Shown here in pieces: positions 37,018 through 46,801 of a stretch of 64,000 bases of DNA. Below the pieces are notes generated by a model, which did no database searches, was not told where the DNA came from, and saw only the letters and a list, made by a program, of their open reading frames with translations. Each line of letters begins with the position of its first letter. The first letter of the stretch is position 1. Source of the DNA: Candidatus Micrarchaeota archaeon (lineage in GTDB: Archaea; Micrarchaeota; Micrarchaeia; Anstonellales; Bilamarchaeaceae); assembly GCA_043821365.1 (NCBI GenBank), contig JBDRCX010000006.1, positions 704,001-768,000 on the forward strand. The letters are read 5' to 3'. Made by a program: the position numbers and the translations under genes.

Positions 37018-37094
37018 CTTCCCGCCTCTTGGTTTTCCACTTTGCTAACAAATAATTATAAATAATTACATGGGTTTTATACCTGGCAATACCA

Positions 37095-38267
37095 TCAAAT
37101 CAATTCCTCTATATCCTTAAAAACAACTTTCTGTTTGCACAACCCAGGTAGGTATTTTGCTGCTTTTCCAGAATTAACACCAGTTGTTTTGTAACCAATT
37201 GCTTCGATAGGACAAACAACCATGCAGGTATCTGCAACTATTCTTCCACCGGCATCTTCTATTTTTTTTGTCAATCCAATAGTATCTGCAATTTTCTTAT
37301 TTGCTCTGGCAGTACAAATCCACAATTCTTTTTTCAATTTTTTTCCTTCAACCAATTCTGCCACTTCTTTGATTTCATCTATTGAAGCATGTGGGCATCC
37401 AATTGTTATTAAATCAGCATCTTCACCAGTAATTAGTTTTTCTTTTGCTTCTTTGATATCTTTTTCTTCTATTGTGATTTTCTCAGGTTTGTCACTAATT
37501 TTCCATTCTGGTGTGATTCCTTGAACATAATAAAGTGCAACAGAGCCGCTTGCTGCCATAGATGCACCTAATGACTTCATCCTATCCTCATTTGCGTCTT
37601 TTTTATCTAATCCAGTAAAAGCCGGAATTTTATTCTTTACAGTTGATCCAACTAGGTTTCCAAGTGCACCATAGTCTGTCATTTTGTTTAGTGGGCATTT
37701 TACTTCCACTAAATATTCTGCAACTCTATTCTCATCAAGGTGCAATCCATATTCTGGCGTAACTCCGCAAATTGCAGCTGCAAGTGCTGATGGCCCACCT
37801 TCCCGGTTTGTCCTTGCGCCAAGAACTGAATTACAAAAAGAAACTGCACTTGATTCTGCCCATGCAACATGTTCACCAACTTTTGGTCGTATTCCTATGA
37901 AATATGGGGTACATGTGCACGTGTTCATTATTCCCATTTTTGTATAACTTTCCAAGACTTGAATCTGTTTTTTTGCAAAATCTTCTGGAATTCTCATCTC
38001 TTTCCATTGTTCAACATCCATTCCAGCAGGATTGAGAAATGTTGGAACAGTAACCTTTGCTCCTTTTTTTACTAAGTCATCTAGATATTCCAAACCAGCA
38101 TTGCCAATTGTTTTGAATGATACTCCTGCAATTTGCGCATTTGTTATTTTTATCATTTTTTTAGCATCATAAATCTTTCCAAGTGCAACTAGAATCTCAA
38201 TTGATTGTTGGTTTGCTTCCCCCATTTCTCCATTGAACATTTTCTCTTCTTTTTCAGTAAGTTGCAC
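37095..38267 (-). CDS. Aconitase X (DUF521), phosphomevalonate dehydratase large subunit
   Basis: TCTCTPY, WAESSAV, RTNREGG, IGCPH, DTCMVVCP. Confidence 0.9.
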   Translation of the reverse strand: MQLTEKEEKMFNGEMGEANQQSIEILVALGKIYDAKKMIKITNAQIAGVSFKTIGNAGLEYLDDLVKKGAKVTVPTFLNPAGMDVEQWKEMRIPEDFAKKQIQVLESYTKMGIMNTCTCTPYFIGIRPKVGEHVAWAESSAVSFCNSVLGARTNREGGPSALAAAICGVTPEYGLHLDENRVAEYLVEVKCPLNKMTDYGALGNLVGSTVKNKIPAFTGLDKKDANEDRMKSLGASMAASGSVALYYVQGITPEWKISDKPEKITIEEKDIKEAKEKLITGEDADLITIGCPHASIDEIKEVAELVEGKKLKKELWICTARANKKIADTIGLTKKIEDAGGRIVADTCMVVCPIEAIGYKTTGVNSGKAAKYLPGLCKQKVVFKDIEELI

Positions 38268-38276
38268 TAAACCACC

Positions 38277-39596
38277 TCACAAATACTCCATCAGATCAAT
38301 TTTTTTCCATTGTGCTTTTGTGAAGTTTTTTCCCTTTAAAGAACTACTGTTATCGACATGCTGAATCAATGGTTTTGTTGCATCAACTCCCATCTTTGAA
38401 GTTTCATATGTATGTGAATCAGCACTTGGATCTAAAGATGATCCTTTTTGATTTGTTTTTATCACCACATCTTTGTCTGCCTGTACTCTTGTTGCTATTG
38501 CCCATTCAACTTCCATTGAATTATCAATATCTATATCCTCATCAACAATCACTACATGCTTCAATGATTTGTGTCCTGCAAAAGCAGCTTCAATTGCTTT
38601 TTTGCCATCATCTTCATTTTTCTTTTTAATAGAAACAACTGCATGAAGCCAAGAACATCCACCTGGAGTGATATTCACCCCGTTGCATTCACATACTTTA
38701 TTCACTTCTGTGAAAATGGTTGGTTCTCTTGGCATTCCCATCAGTATTTTATGTTCTAATCCGCCTGGCGGTAATACATGCCAAAGAGCATCATTTCTAT
38801 GGTACATTTTTGTGATTTTCATAACCTGTTGTTTCCTTACAACGTCATAAGTCTCTGTTAAATCTACAAATGGTCCTTCATCATGAAGCTCTTTTGTTAT
38901 TTTTCCTTCAAATGCAAATTCAGCGTCTGCAGGTACTTCAATTCCATTGCTTAATTTCACTGTCTTGACCGGCATCAAAGTGTTTGCAAATTCAAGTTCA
39001 TCTTGGCCAACTTGTACTGACATTGCAGCAGAAAGCAAAACATTTATTGGTGCTCCAACAACAAAAGCAACGTCAAGTTCTCCGCCAGCCCTGTTTATGA
39101 ATTCCTGAAGATGCCTGTTTAATATTCTCACTACAACCTTATCTTTGTCAATAACCATCATCCTGTGAAAAGATAGGTTCCTCCCATATTCTTTGTCTTT
39201 TGAAATTACAATTGCAGATGAAAGATATGGCCCTCCATCTTTTTCAAAATGCAATGGAATTGGTAATTTGCCTAGATCAATATCAGTTGTACTATTCTCA
39301 AGAACAGGGCCACTCTCTACTAAAGTTGGTTTTGTTGGATTCTTTATCGCATGAACGAGTTTTGGTATCAGCTCTTCTTTTTTAACTCCAAGATACTCAC
39401 AAACAAGATCCTTTGTTGAAAAAACATTTCCAACTGCTTTGAAATCTGATCCTTTTATTTCTGGTGCATAAACAATATTTCCATCAATAGAATACATTAA
39501 ACCTGCCAAATCAAGATTTTTTGATATTGGTTTTTTGATTTCTTTTACTTTTCCCTGTTTTCTTAATCTTTCAATAAATTCACGAAAAGAAAGCAT
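38277..39596 (-). CDS. UbiD-family decarboxylase, probable anhydromevalonate phosphate decarboxylase
   Basis: RNLSFHRM, EGPFVDLTETYD, KHVVIVDEDID, SSLDPS; upstream of AcnX. Confidence 0.88.
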   Translation of the reverse strand: MLSFREFIERLRKQGKVKEIKKPISKNLDLAGLMYSIDGNIVYAPEIKGSDFKAVGNVFSTKDLVCEYLGVKKEELIPKLVHAIKNPTKPTLVESGPVLENSTTDIDLGKLPIPLHFEKDGGPYLSSAIVISKDKEYGRNLSFHRMMVIDKDKVVVRILNRHLQEFINRAGGELDVAFVVGAPINVLLSAAMSVQVGQDELEFANTLMPVKTVKLSNGIEVPADAEFAFEGKITKELHDEGPFVDLTETYDVVRKQQVMKITKMYHRNDALWHVLPPGGLEHKILMGMPREPTIFTEVNKVCECNGVNITPGGCSWLHAVVSIKKKNEDDGKKAIEAAFAGHKSLKHVVIVDEDIDIDNSMEVEWAIATRVQADKDVVIKTNQKGSSLDPSADSHTYETSKMGVDATKPLIQHVDNSSSLKGKNFTKAQWKKIDLMEYL

Positions 39597-39659
39597 TATT
39601 TCACCGATACTAATTCTTCTGGAGGATTTAAAATTAGTAGTAGTTGGTTGCGGTAAAAA

Positions 39660-40784
39660 TTATACAAGATTTTCAAAATCCAATGCATATACCCTTTTTG
39701 AACCATCTTTAAGGCTTGTTTGAATGTAAATCGATCCCTCTGCTCTTATATCAAAAGCCTTGACACCATGTTCTGCCATAATTTTATTTAATAGTTGTAT
39801 ATCATCCTGGTATTCTCCATGCAATTCTGGTGGAATTAATCTTACATTGCATTGAATACAAAGTAAACGTGCATTTCCACCCTTTGTTATATCAGTCATT
39901 ACAATTCCGGCATCTTCCACTCCACCAAAAACTGCAAAAACATCAGGGATATGCAAGACTTTTCTTGGTTGGTTGCGTGCAATTTCATAAAGTTCAGCTT
40001 CTTTTTTCATAATAGTTAAAAATGCAGCAGCATTTCCCCCTCTAGCATCTTCCATCCCTATTAGCATCACTGCATTTTTGCCATCATATTGTACTCTATA
40101 TGCATATCTCTTCTTTCCATGATCAATATATTGTGCAGTTCCTAAATCAATTTTTGATCTTACTTCATCTGGTAAGGTATCTAAAAATTCTCTTAATCTT
40201 GTATGTGCCATCTGATTTGTTGCATCTATACTTCTAAGAAGATCACAAGTTGCGTCTGAAAGTTTTATTGTTTGCCTTCCATCAAAATCTGTGTTCAATG
40301 CAAAAGTAAATGTAAATTGTTTTCTAATATGTTCAGTTCTAATTGCTTTTGTGACCACTGTTTCATCCAAGAAATCCTCTAATAATGAAAAAATAACTTG
40401 TCTTCTTAAGTTTTCAATCGCAGAATTTGGGTCAATGCCGGTAGGATGAAGTAGTAACAATAATCTGCATTTGGTTGGAAGGTCATCTTTTTCTATTTTT
40501 CCTTTCATTTCTGCATGAGTTCTGTAGAGCATGGTTTCTTCTGCTATTTTATTTCCATTCCCATAATTTGCAGCTTCGAGTCGTGTTAATTGACTTACAA
40601 AAGAACCAGCAATGTTGGCCCTTTCTGGTAACAGAGAAGTTTCTCTTGTTTTCTCCTCACCTTTCTCATGTGGTCTTTTTCCAATCAAATGATCATAAGG
40701 GTCAGTTGCAGCAGAACGAAAATTTGGTCTAGTAATTTCATTAGTACTTGGTCTACATGTACTTGTTTTTTGCTTCCTGACCAT
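39660..40784 (-). CDS. Orphan protein with a degenerate C-terminal protein-kinase-like domain
   Basis: KKEAELYE, IPDVF, IVMTDI, HGVKAFDIR and ALDFE follow the order of kinase subdomains. Confidence 0.55.
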   Translation of the reverse strand: MVRKQKTSTCRPSTNEITRPNFRSAATDPYDHLIGKRPHEKGEEKTRETSLLPERANIAGSFVSQLTRLEAANYGNGNKIAEETMLYRTHAEMKGKIEKDDLPTKCRLLLLLHPTGIDPNSAIENLRRQVIFSLLEDFLDETVVTKAIRTEHIRKQFTFTFALNTDFDGRQTIKLSDATCDLLRSIDATNQMAHTRLREFLDTLPDEVRSKIDLGTAQYIDHGKKRYAYRVQYDGKNAVMLIGMEDARGGNAAAFLTIMKKEAELYEIARNQPRKVLHIPDVFAVFGGVEDAGIVMTDITKGGNARLLCIQCNVRLIPPELHGEYQDDIQLLNKIMAEHGVKAFDIRAEGSIYIQTSLKDGSKRVYALDFENLV

Positions 40785-40821
40785 AAAAATAATGTGTAAG
40801 TATATGTTTAAATATAGATAT

Positions 40822-41358
40822 TTATTGGCTCCCCCAACGTTTTCCTATTTCGTTTTTGATTCCAACCTGATCTAAAATTCGTGCAACAACAAAATCAATC
40901 ATATCATCTATTGTTTTTGGTTTTCCATAAAATCCAGGGGTTGCAGGTAATACAATCCCACCTGCCAATGTAACCAATTCCATATTTTTTATTGTAATAA
41001 GAGAATATGGGGTTTCTCTAACAACTAAAATTAATTTTTTCCTTTCCTTCAACACAACTTCAGCTGCCCTTGTGATTAATGCATCTCCAACTCCATTTGA
41101 AATTTCACCTAAGCTTTTCAATGAACACGGGACAACAATCATTGCATCTGGTGGATTTGAGCCTGAAGCATATGGGCAAGAAAAATCAATTTCTTCATAG
41201 TCTGCTTTAGGTAAGTTTACACCTTCAGCATCTGCAACTTTTTTTGCCCCTGAACTAACAATCACTTTAATATCCTGCTTCATTTCTTTTAGTGTTTGGA
41301 CTAGTTTCACTCCATATTGCAGTCCAGATGCACCAGTGATGGCAACTAAAATTCGCAT
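40822..41358 (-). CDS. ubiX: Flavin prenyltransferase UbiX
   Basis: VAITGASG, ASGS, PCSLKSL, LVVRETP, PATPGFY. Confidence 0.93.
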   Translation of the reverse strand: MRILVAITGASGLQYGVKLVQTLKEMKQDIKVIVSSGAKKVADAEGVNLPKADYEEIDFSCPYASGSNPPDAMIVVPCSLKSLGEISNGVGDALITRAAEVVLKERKKLILVVRETPYSLITIKNMELVTLAGGIVLPATPGFYGKPKTIDDMIDFVVARILDQVGIKNEIGKRWGSQ

Positions 41359-41419
41359 AATCCTATTCAGTGCCAATAGAATTTTAAACAATCTATGTTA
41401 TTAGAAATTTGGTGAATTT

Positions 41420-41554
41420 ATGTCTCAAAGTTGTAGAAGATGCGGAAGTGGTTCTAAACCAGTTATCAAAATGATTGGGAATGGTGCAAGTGGCATCTCA
41501 TCAAGTGACGAATCATGGGTTTGCACTGCGTGTTTCAGGAGTTATTATCTCTGA
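41420..41554 (+). CDS. 44-aa Zn-ribbon microprotein
   Basis: MSQSCRRCGSG...WVCTACFRSYYL; GGTGA RBS. Confidence 0.65.
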   Translation: MSQSCRRCGSGSKPVIKMIGNGASGISSSDESWVCTACFRSYYL

Positions 41555-41928
41555 AATTCTTCTATTTTTTTCCCAAGACTAACTGCCGTTTCCCAATTTA
41601 TTGCAAAAGATTTATTGTTTTCTTTAAATATCCCCAAAGGCAAGAAAATCCATGGTTTTCTACTTCTTCTCCAGCCAACATAGCAGGTTATTCCACTGAT
41701 TTCTTCCCATTTTTTTAAGTTTAAGAACTGGTCTCTGTCAATGTTTAGATTTTCTTTTTCCCAGGCCTTTGCTTCTATACCAATCTGTACCCCTCTTCTG
41801 AAAACAAGAATATCTGGACTAAGTGAATTGACTCCACTCCCAGCAGCTCGTATTACACAAAATTCTTTAGTTGAAAAATAGTCAATAAGTTCGCGTTCAG
41901 CACGGGAACCTTTACGATAGGTAAGCAT
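41545..41928 (-). CDS. hjc: Holliday junction resolvase Hjc
   Basis: YRKGSRAEREL, RAAGSG, PDI, IEAK. Confidence 0.92.
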   Translation of the reverse strand: MLTYRKGSRAERELIDYFSTKEFCVIRAAGSGVNSLSPDILVFRRGVQIGIEAKAWEKENLNIDRDQFLNLKKWEEISGITCYVGWRRSRKPWIFLPLGIFKENNKSFAINWETAVSLGKKIEEFQR

Positions 41929-41962
41929 GATCTATTTACTTTTAGTTACTTTAAATAGTTGT

Positions 41963-42421
41963 TTACTCCATTAAAGGTTCGACTGCACATTCTCTTTGAA
42001 GGGCTTCTGTTACTTTGTTTTTCACTACTTGACTATCAAATGGCTTCATGATGACGTCAATTGCACCTTCATTCATAACCTTTCTAACCTCTTCTGCACC
42101 AATACCACCACTTATAAAAATTACTTTTTGGGTCGGATTAAGCTTTTTCAATTCTCTCAAGAATTGAACCCCATCCATTCCTGGCATATGAAAATCACTA
42201 ATAACAAGATCAAAACCACCTTTTCTGTAAATATCTAAGGCTTCAGTACGCGTAAGTGCTGTTACCACTTCGCGATCGTCCTTCCTAATTAGTCTTTCAT
42301 TCATCCTTAGTATCGCTGGTTCATCATCTACAACTAATATTCTATGTCTTTTTTGAGTTGGTCCTGATCCATCTCTCCTATTTGACGGTCCACCAGCTCT
42401 TGGTATTTGTGCAATTGTCAT
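41963..42421 (-). CDS. Stand-alone response-regulator receiver (CheY-like)
   Basis: ILVVDDE, ISDFHMPGMDG, ISG, KPF. Confidence 0.9.
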   Translation of the reverse strand: MTIAQIPRAGGPSNRRDGSGPTQKRHRILVVDDEPAILRMNERLIRKDDREVVTALTRTEALDIYRKGGFDLVISDFHMPGMDGVQFLRELKKLNPTQKVIFISGGIGAEEVRKVMNEGAIDVIMKPFDSQVVKNKVTEALQRECAVEPLME

Positions 42422-42451
42422 AATTTATATATTTCTACAACAGGTTAAAAC

Positions 42452-43207
42452 TTACATCTCTGGTGCTTCCATCATGGCGCGTATCAAACTCCTAGCTGCT
42501 TCCTGAAGATTCAGTTCTCCACCTTTGATGTACCATCTTCTTCTTTCTGCTATTTTTTCTAAAACTCCTTGGGAATCAGAAACATTTTCTAAAGAAATAT
42601 CATATTTTTCTTCAAGCCATTTTTTTAGTTCATTAGATTTGAGTATTTTTTCTGCAAAATCATAAGCATAAAGATCCTCATTTCCCTGAACATTCAGTGC
42701 ACCCTTTCTTACAAGTTCATTTTTTTTCTCATACTTTGGAAAAATTCCCCTATAATCAGTAATACTAAGTTCTGGGGTGATATTTATCCACTGGAGATTT
42801 TTTGTTGTGCCTGCAACTGCAGAAACCTTTGCTGCTTTTCGTTGTGCAAGCATGTTTACTAATGTGCTTTTTCCTACATTTGGATAGCCAACTAATATTG
42901 CTCTAACTGGCCTTTTGCTTGTTCTTGATAAAATTGCCTTGATTATTCTACTTCGTTCATCTGTATCCTTTGCCGATATAAAGATTCCTTTATTTTCTAA
43001 TTTTGGCAATTCCATATCTTTTGGAAGAAGATCTGATTTGTTTGCAACTAATAGCAATCGTTTTGACCCAGCCCATTTTTCTGCCAAGGTTAAACGGGTG
43101 CCTTTTATGTCTCTTGCATCAACAACTTCAATAATAACATCTGCACTATGGATCATGTTTTTCAAAAATGACCAAGGATTCATGTTCCCTTTTTCTCTTC
43201 CCTTCAT
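42452..43207 (-). CDS. Circularly permuted GTPase, YlqF/RbgA family
   Basis: EVVDARD, NKSDL (G4) before GYPNVGKST (G1), GTT. Confidence 0.9.
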   Translation of the reverse strand: MKGREKGNMNPWSFLKNMIHSADVIIEVVDARDIKGTRLTLAEKWAGSKRLLLVANKSDLLPKDMELPKLENKGIFISAKDTDERSRIIKAILSRTSKRPVRAILVGYPNVGKSTLVNMLAQRKAAKVSAVAGTTKNLQWINITPELSITDYRGIFPKYEKKNELVRKGALNVQGNEDLYAYDFAEKILKSNELKKWLEEKYDISLENVSDSQGVLEKIAERRRWYIKGGELNLQEAARSLIRAMMEAPEM

Positions 43208-43259
43208 GTATTGATCTTAACTAATTGGTTTAATAAGTATTTTTAGTAAAAGGAAAAAT

Positions 43260-44015
43260 ATGCTTGAACATACTTTTATCCATCTCCCAAATTTTGGTCC
43301 GAGGCGTGAACGTAGACTTTGGAGTAGTGGGATATCAGATTGGGATGATTTTCTCGATAATTTTGGTTCATCTAAATTCCACAAAATGTTCTGTTCGAAA
43401 CTTGCAAGTTCTAAACACGCTCTTAATGTTGGTGATGCAGAATATTTTGCAAATGCGTTGCCTTCAAATGAAGCCTGGCGTTCTTTCCCCCATTTCAAAA
43501 AAACAGTATATCTTGACATTGAAACTACTGGACTTGGAAAAAACAGTGACTATGTAACAGTTATTGGTTTATTTGATGGCAAAGAGGTCAAAAGCTATGT
43601 TCATGGTCAGAATCTTAATGATTTTAGGGGGGATATACGCAACTATGATTCAGTGGTGACTTTCAACGGTTCAATTTTTGATCTTCCATTTATACGTAAA
43701 AGTATGCCAGGGATAAAACTTCCAAAATTACATGTTGATTTACGTTTTACTCTTGCATCTATCGGAGTTCGTGGCGGTCTTAAAAAAATAGAAACTCAGT
43801 TTGGCTATGAAAGAGAGGATGATCTCAAAGGATTGAATGGTTATGATGCTGTCTTACTTTGGCAAGCATACAAAAAGAGAAATGACAAACACGCTCTTGA
43901 TAAGCTTATTCGCTATAATGCAGCTGATATCTCCAATCTGAAAAAACTAATGGAATGGGCCTATAAGGAAAAGAGAATAAGAACAGGGTTTGATGAATTA
44001 AGACAAACAAATTAG
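43260..44015 (+). CDS. YprB-like RNase H-fold (DEDD) exonuclease
   Basis: YLDIETTG, TFNGSIFDLP, HVDL, RYNAAD. Confidence 0.85.
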   Translation: MLEHTFIHLPNFGPRRERRLWSSGISDWDDFLDNFGSSKFHKMFCSKLASSKHALNVGDAEYFANALPSNEAWRSFPHFKKTVYLDIETTGLGKNSDYVTVIGLFDGKEVKSYVHGQNLNDFRGDIRNYDSVVTFNGSIFDLPFIRKSMPGIKLPKLHVDLRFTLASIGVRGGLKKIETQFGYEREDDLKGLNGYDAVLLWQAYKKRNDKHALDKLIRYNAADISNLKKLMEWAYKEKRIRTGFDELRQTN

Positions 44016-44056
44016 ACTATAGTTAGGTTTTAATATTTATAAATAGAATTTGCACC

Positions 44057-45103
44057 ATGAGAATTTTCTATGTATTGCTTTTAGCATTGTTTATATTTGG
44101 TTGCACTGAACCACCAACTGATCTAAATCAATCAAACACTACAAATATTACAAATTGCACTGGTCCAGTCTGTGGTGTTGATGACATTACATATGCCACT
44201 GATTGTGATGCTGAACAGGCAAACGTTTCTATTGCCTACAAAAAAGAATGTCTTGTTATAGAAACCTGTATGGATAGTGATGGTGGCCAGGTCATTGATA
44301 TGGTCGGTACAATCTCATTTGGTAATGAAACATATATGGATTATTGCATAAGTAACAGTCAACTTGGTGAATATGTTTGCGATGGGGGTGAAATATCTCT
44401 CATGGGTGTTAATTGCGGTGAAGGAAACATGTGTTTAGGTGGCATCTGCACCACAGATCCAAATTATCAAAATAATACTATCTACCAAGCATGTGTTGGC
44501 CCAACAGAAGTAGATCTTTTTTCATCTTCTAATGTGACATTTGAAGGAAAAACATATTCTGATAATTGTGTTGAATCCACTACTGTGAGAAAATATTTCT
44601 GTAATAATGATGCTCTTGATTCAACTATTCTTAATTGTGCTTCTGATTATTCTTGCAATTTAGGTAGATGTGAGCCAAAACAATACAGTTGTACTGATAC
44701 TGATGGTACAAATCTATCATCAAAAGGAAAAGTAACTGTTGTCTATGGTTCAATTATTTCATCTGAAAACTGGGATGAATGTGAGAATATCACTACTGTA
44801 GTTGAATATTCCTGTTCAGTGAATAACACCATGGTTTCAGAAAAGATTGATTGCGGGATAGGTTTCAAGTGCAATGCAGCAACCTGCGTTCCAAGTAAAT
44901 GTAATGATAGTGATGGTGGGGTGAACATCTATAAAGTTGGGACTGTTGTCAAAGAAGAAGAATCAGAAACTGACTGGTGTGAAGGCCTACAGAAAATAAA
45001 AGAATTCACCTGTGTTGGCGACGATATAGTTTCCAAAACAATCAACTGTGGTGTTGGTTATTTCTGCGATGTTGATCATTGTGTTGAAGGTTCTGTTACA
45101 TGA
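44057..45103 (+). CDS. Cys-rich lipoprotein with Kazal-like domain and C-x-D-(S/T)-D-G repeats
   Basis: FIFGC lipobox, PVCGVDDITY..DC, three C.DSDGG-like units. Confidence 0.8.
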   Translation: MRIFYVLLLALFIFGCTEPPTDLNQSNTTNITNCTGPVCGVDDITYATDCDAEQANVSIAYKKECLVIETCMDSDGGQVIDMVGTISFGNETYMDYCISNSQLGEYVCDGGEISLMGVNCGEGNMCLGGICTTDPNYQNNTIYQACVGPTEVDLFSSSNVTFEGKTYSDNCVESTTVRKYFCNNDALDSTILNCASDYSCNLGRCEPKQYSCTDTDGTNLSSKGKVTVVYGSIISSENWDECENITTVVEYSCSVNNTMVSEKIDCGIGFKCNAATCVPSKCNDSDGGVNIYKVGTVVKEEESETDWCEGLQKIKEFTCVGDDIVSKTINCGVGYFCDVDHCVEGSVT

Positions 45104-45738
45104 TTTTGAAGAATCTAGGTAACATCCTTAAACAAATGCAGTTTCTGGCAAAAAAAAGAAAAGCGCCAGTTATATCTGCAGAGGATTCAACAAAAGGAAA
45201 CAAATTCAAGATACTTGTTTTTACAATGCTTTCAGCACGTACTAAAGATCAAACTACAATTGCGGTAGTAAATCGTCTTTTTTCACAAGCAAAAGGTCCT
45301 AAAGAAATTATTAAATTAGGGCCGAAAAAACTTGAAAAAATTTTATATGGAGTTGGTTTTTACCGCGTTAAAACTAAGAATCTCTTGAAGATGTGTAATC
45401 TTTTAAAAGATGGCCAAGTTCCAGATAGTTTGGAAGATTTACTCAAAATCCCAGGGGTTGGAAGAAAAACTGCCAATATTGTTTTGGCCAGGGCATTTGG
45501 TAAAAATACTCTTGGTGTTGATGTGCATGTTCATCGAATTTCGAATCGTCTTGGTCTTGTTAAAACAAAAAAACCAGAAGAAACTGAAGAAAAACTTATG
45601 AAAATTATTCCTGATAAATATATTAGGAAACTGAACAAAACATTTGTTTCTTTTGGTCAAACTGTCTGTCTGCCAAGAAATCCTGATTGTTTAAATTGTC
45701 CAATTTCTGATTGTTGTCCAAAAATAGGAATTTTTTGA
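45100..45738 (+). CDS. nth: Endonuclease III
   Basis: LSARTKD, HhH IPGVGRKTAN, VDVHVHR, C-x6-C-x2-C-x5-C cluster. Confidence 0.94.
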   Translation: MILKNLGNILKQMQFLAKKRKAPVISAEDSTKGNKFKILVFTMLSARTKDQTTIAVVNRLFSQAKGPKEIIKLGPKKLEKILYGVGFYRVKTKNLLKMCNLLKDGQVPDSLEDLLKIPGVGRKTANIVLARAFGKNTLGVDVHVHRISNRLGLVKTKKPEETEEKLMKIIPDKYIRKLNKTFVSFGQTVCLPRNPDCLNCPISDCCPKIGIF

Positions 45739-45784
45739 TTATCTTGAACGTTTCGACGTTCAAGGACATGTCCAAAAATAGGAA
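45715..45784. repeat. 16-bp direct repeat flanking a hairpin
   Basis: TGTCCAAAAATAGGAA at 45715-45730 and 45769-45784 around CTTGAACG-TTTCGA-CGTTCAAG. Confidence 0.75.
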
Positions 45785-45852
45785 GGACAAATTATTGAAA
45801 TTTGTCCTGTTTGTAACTTATCAAATTTACAATACAATTAAAAAATAAAAAA

Positions 45853-46776
45853 TTATTTAGATTTTTTCTTTGGCAATGGTGTTATCCCAGCTGTTTCAGA
45901 TATTATTGCTGAAATATCTGTACCTTCTGCAATGATGTACTTTGTGTTTTCACTCAATGAGTTCTGGGCAACCTGTAATTTCTTCAATGTTTGTGCGTCT
46001 CCTTTGAAATATTTCTGTGCAGCTTCATTCACAAGTTGAATTGCTTTTGCTTCTGCCTGAGCTTTCATCTCAACTGCATGCGCATCTGCCAAAGCTCTCA
46101 GTTCTATTGATTTTGCGTCTCCCTCGGCAACTTTTATTGCAGATCTTCGTTCACCATCTGCTCTTGTTTCTACTGCAGAAGCAAGATCAACAGCAGCAAT
46201 TTTCTCATTTTCTGCTTTAACAACATTGTTCATTGCTTGCTGAACATCGTGTGGTGGGTCTATTCTTTGAAGTTCAACTCTGATAATGTTAACTCCCCAC
46301 TGATTAGTTTCTTTATCTAGTTGGTTTTCTACCTCTGTGTTTATTCGTTGTCTGTTTTCATTTGCTTCTGTAAGTGTCATCTTACCCATAAGAGCCCTAA
46401 GTGTTGTCTGTGCAAGTGATGGAATTGCGGTTCTGTAATTATCTATTTGGTAAACTGCCTTATTTATGTCGTCTATTTTGTAATAAACAATTGCATCAAC
46501 CACTGCATTAAGATTATCTTTTGTAATGACTGTTTGTTGGTCAACATCAACTCTCATCTCAGTTGTTGGAACTTTTATCACATTCTCAACAAATGGTATT
46601 ACCACCAAAAGTCCTGGATCTGCGAGTCTATTAAATTTACCAAATCTTTCTACAAGTGCCTTTTCCACTGGTCTTATTATTCTAAGTCCAGCAAAGAGCA
46701 AGAAAACTAATAAAACTAAACCCCCCATCAAAAGTACTGGTAGACAAGCTCCCAAACCTAATAATTCGACTGCCAT
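45853..46776 (-). CDS. SPFH/band-7 (stomatin-like) membrane protein
   Basis: N-terminal TM, VERFGK, VITKDN, QTTLRALMG, coiled tail. Confidence 0.92.
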   Translation of the reverse strand: MAVELLGLGACLPVLLMGGLVLLVFLLFAGLRIIRPVEKALVERFGKFNRLADPGLLVVIPFVENVIKVPTTEMRVDVDQQTVITKDNLNAVVDAIVYYKIDDINKAVYQIDNYRTAIPSLAQTTLRALMGKMTLTEANENRQRINTEVENQLDKETNQWGVNIIRVELQRIDPPHDVQQAMNNVVKAENEKIAAVDLASAVETRADGERRSAIKVAEGDAKSIELRALADAHAVEMKAQAEAKAIQLVNEAAQKYFKGDAQTLKKLQVAQNSLSENTKYIIAEGTDISAIISETAGITPLPKKKSK

Positions 46777-46801
46777 ATTTGATCTATGGCATATTGATTA
46801 T

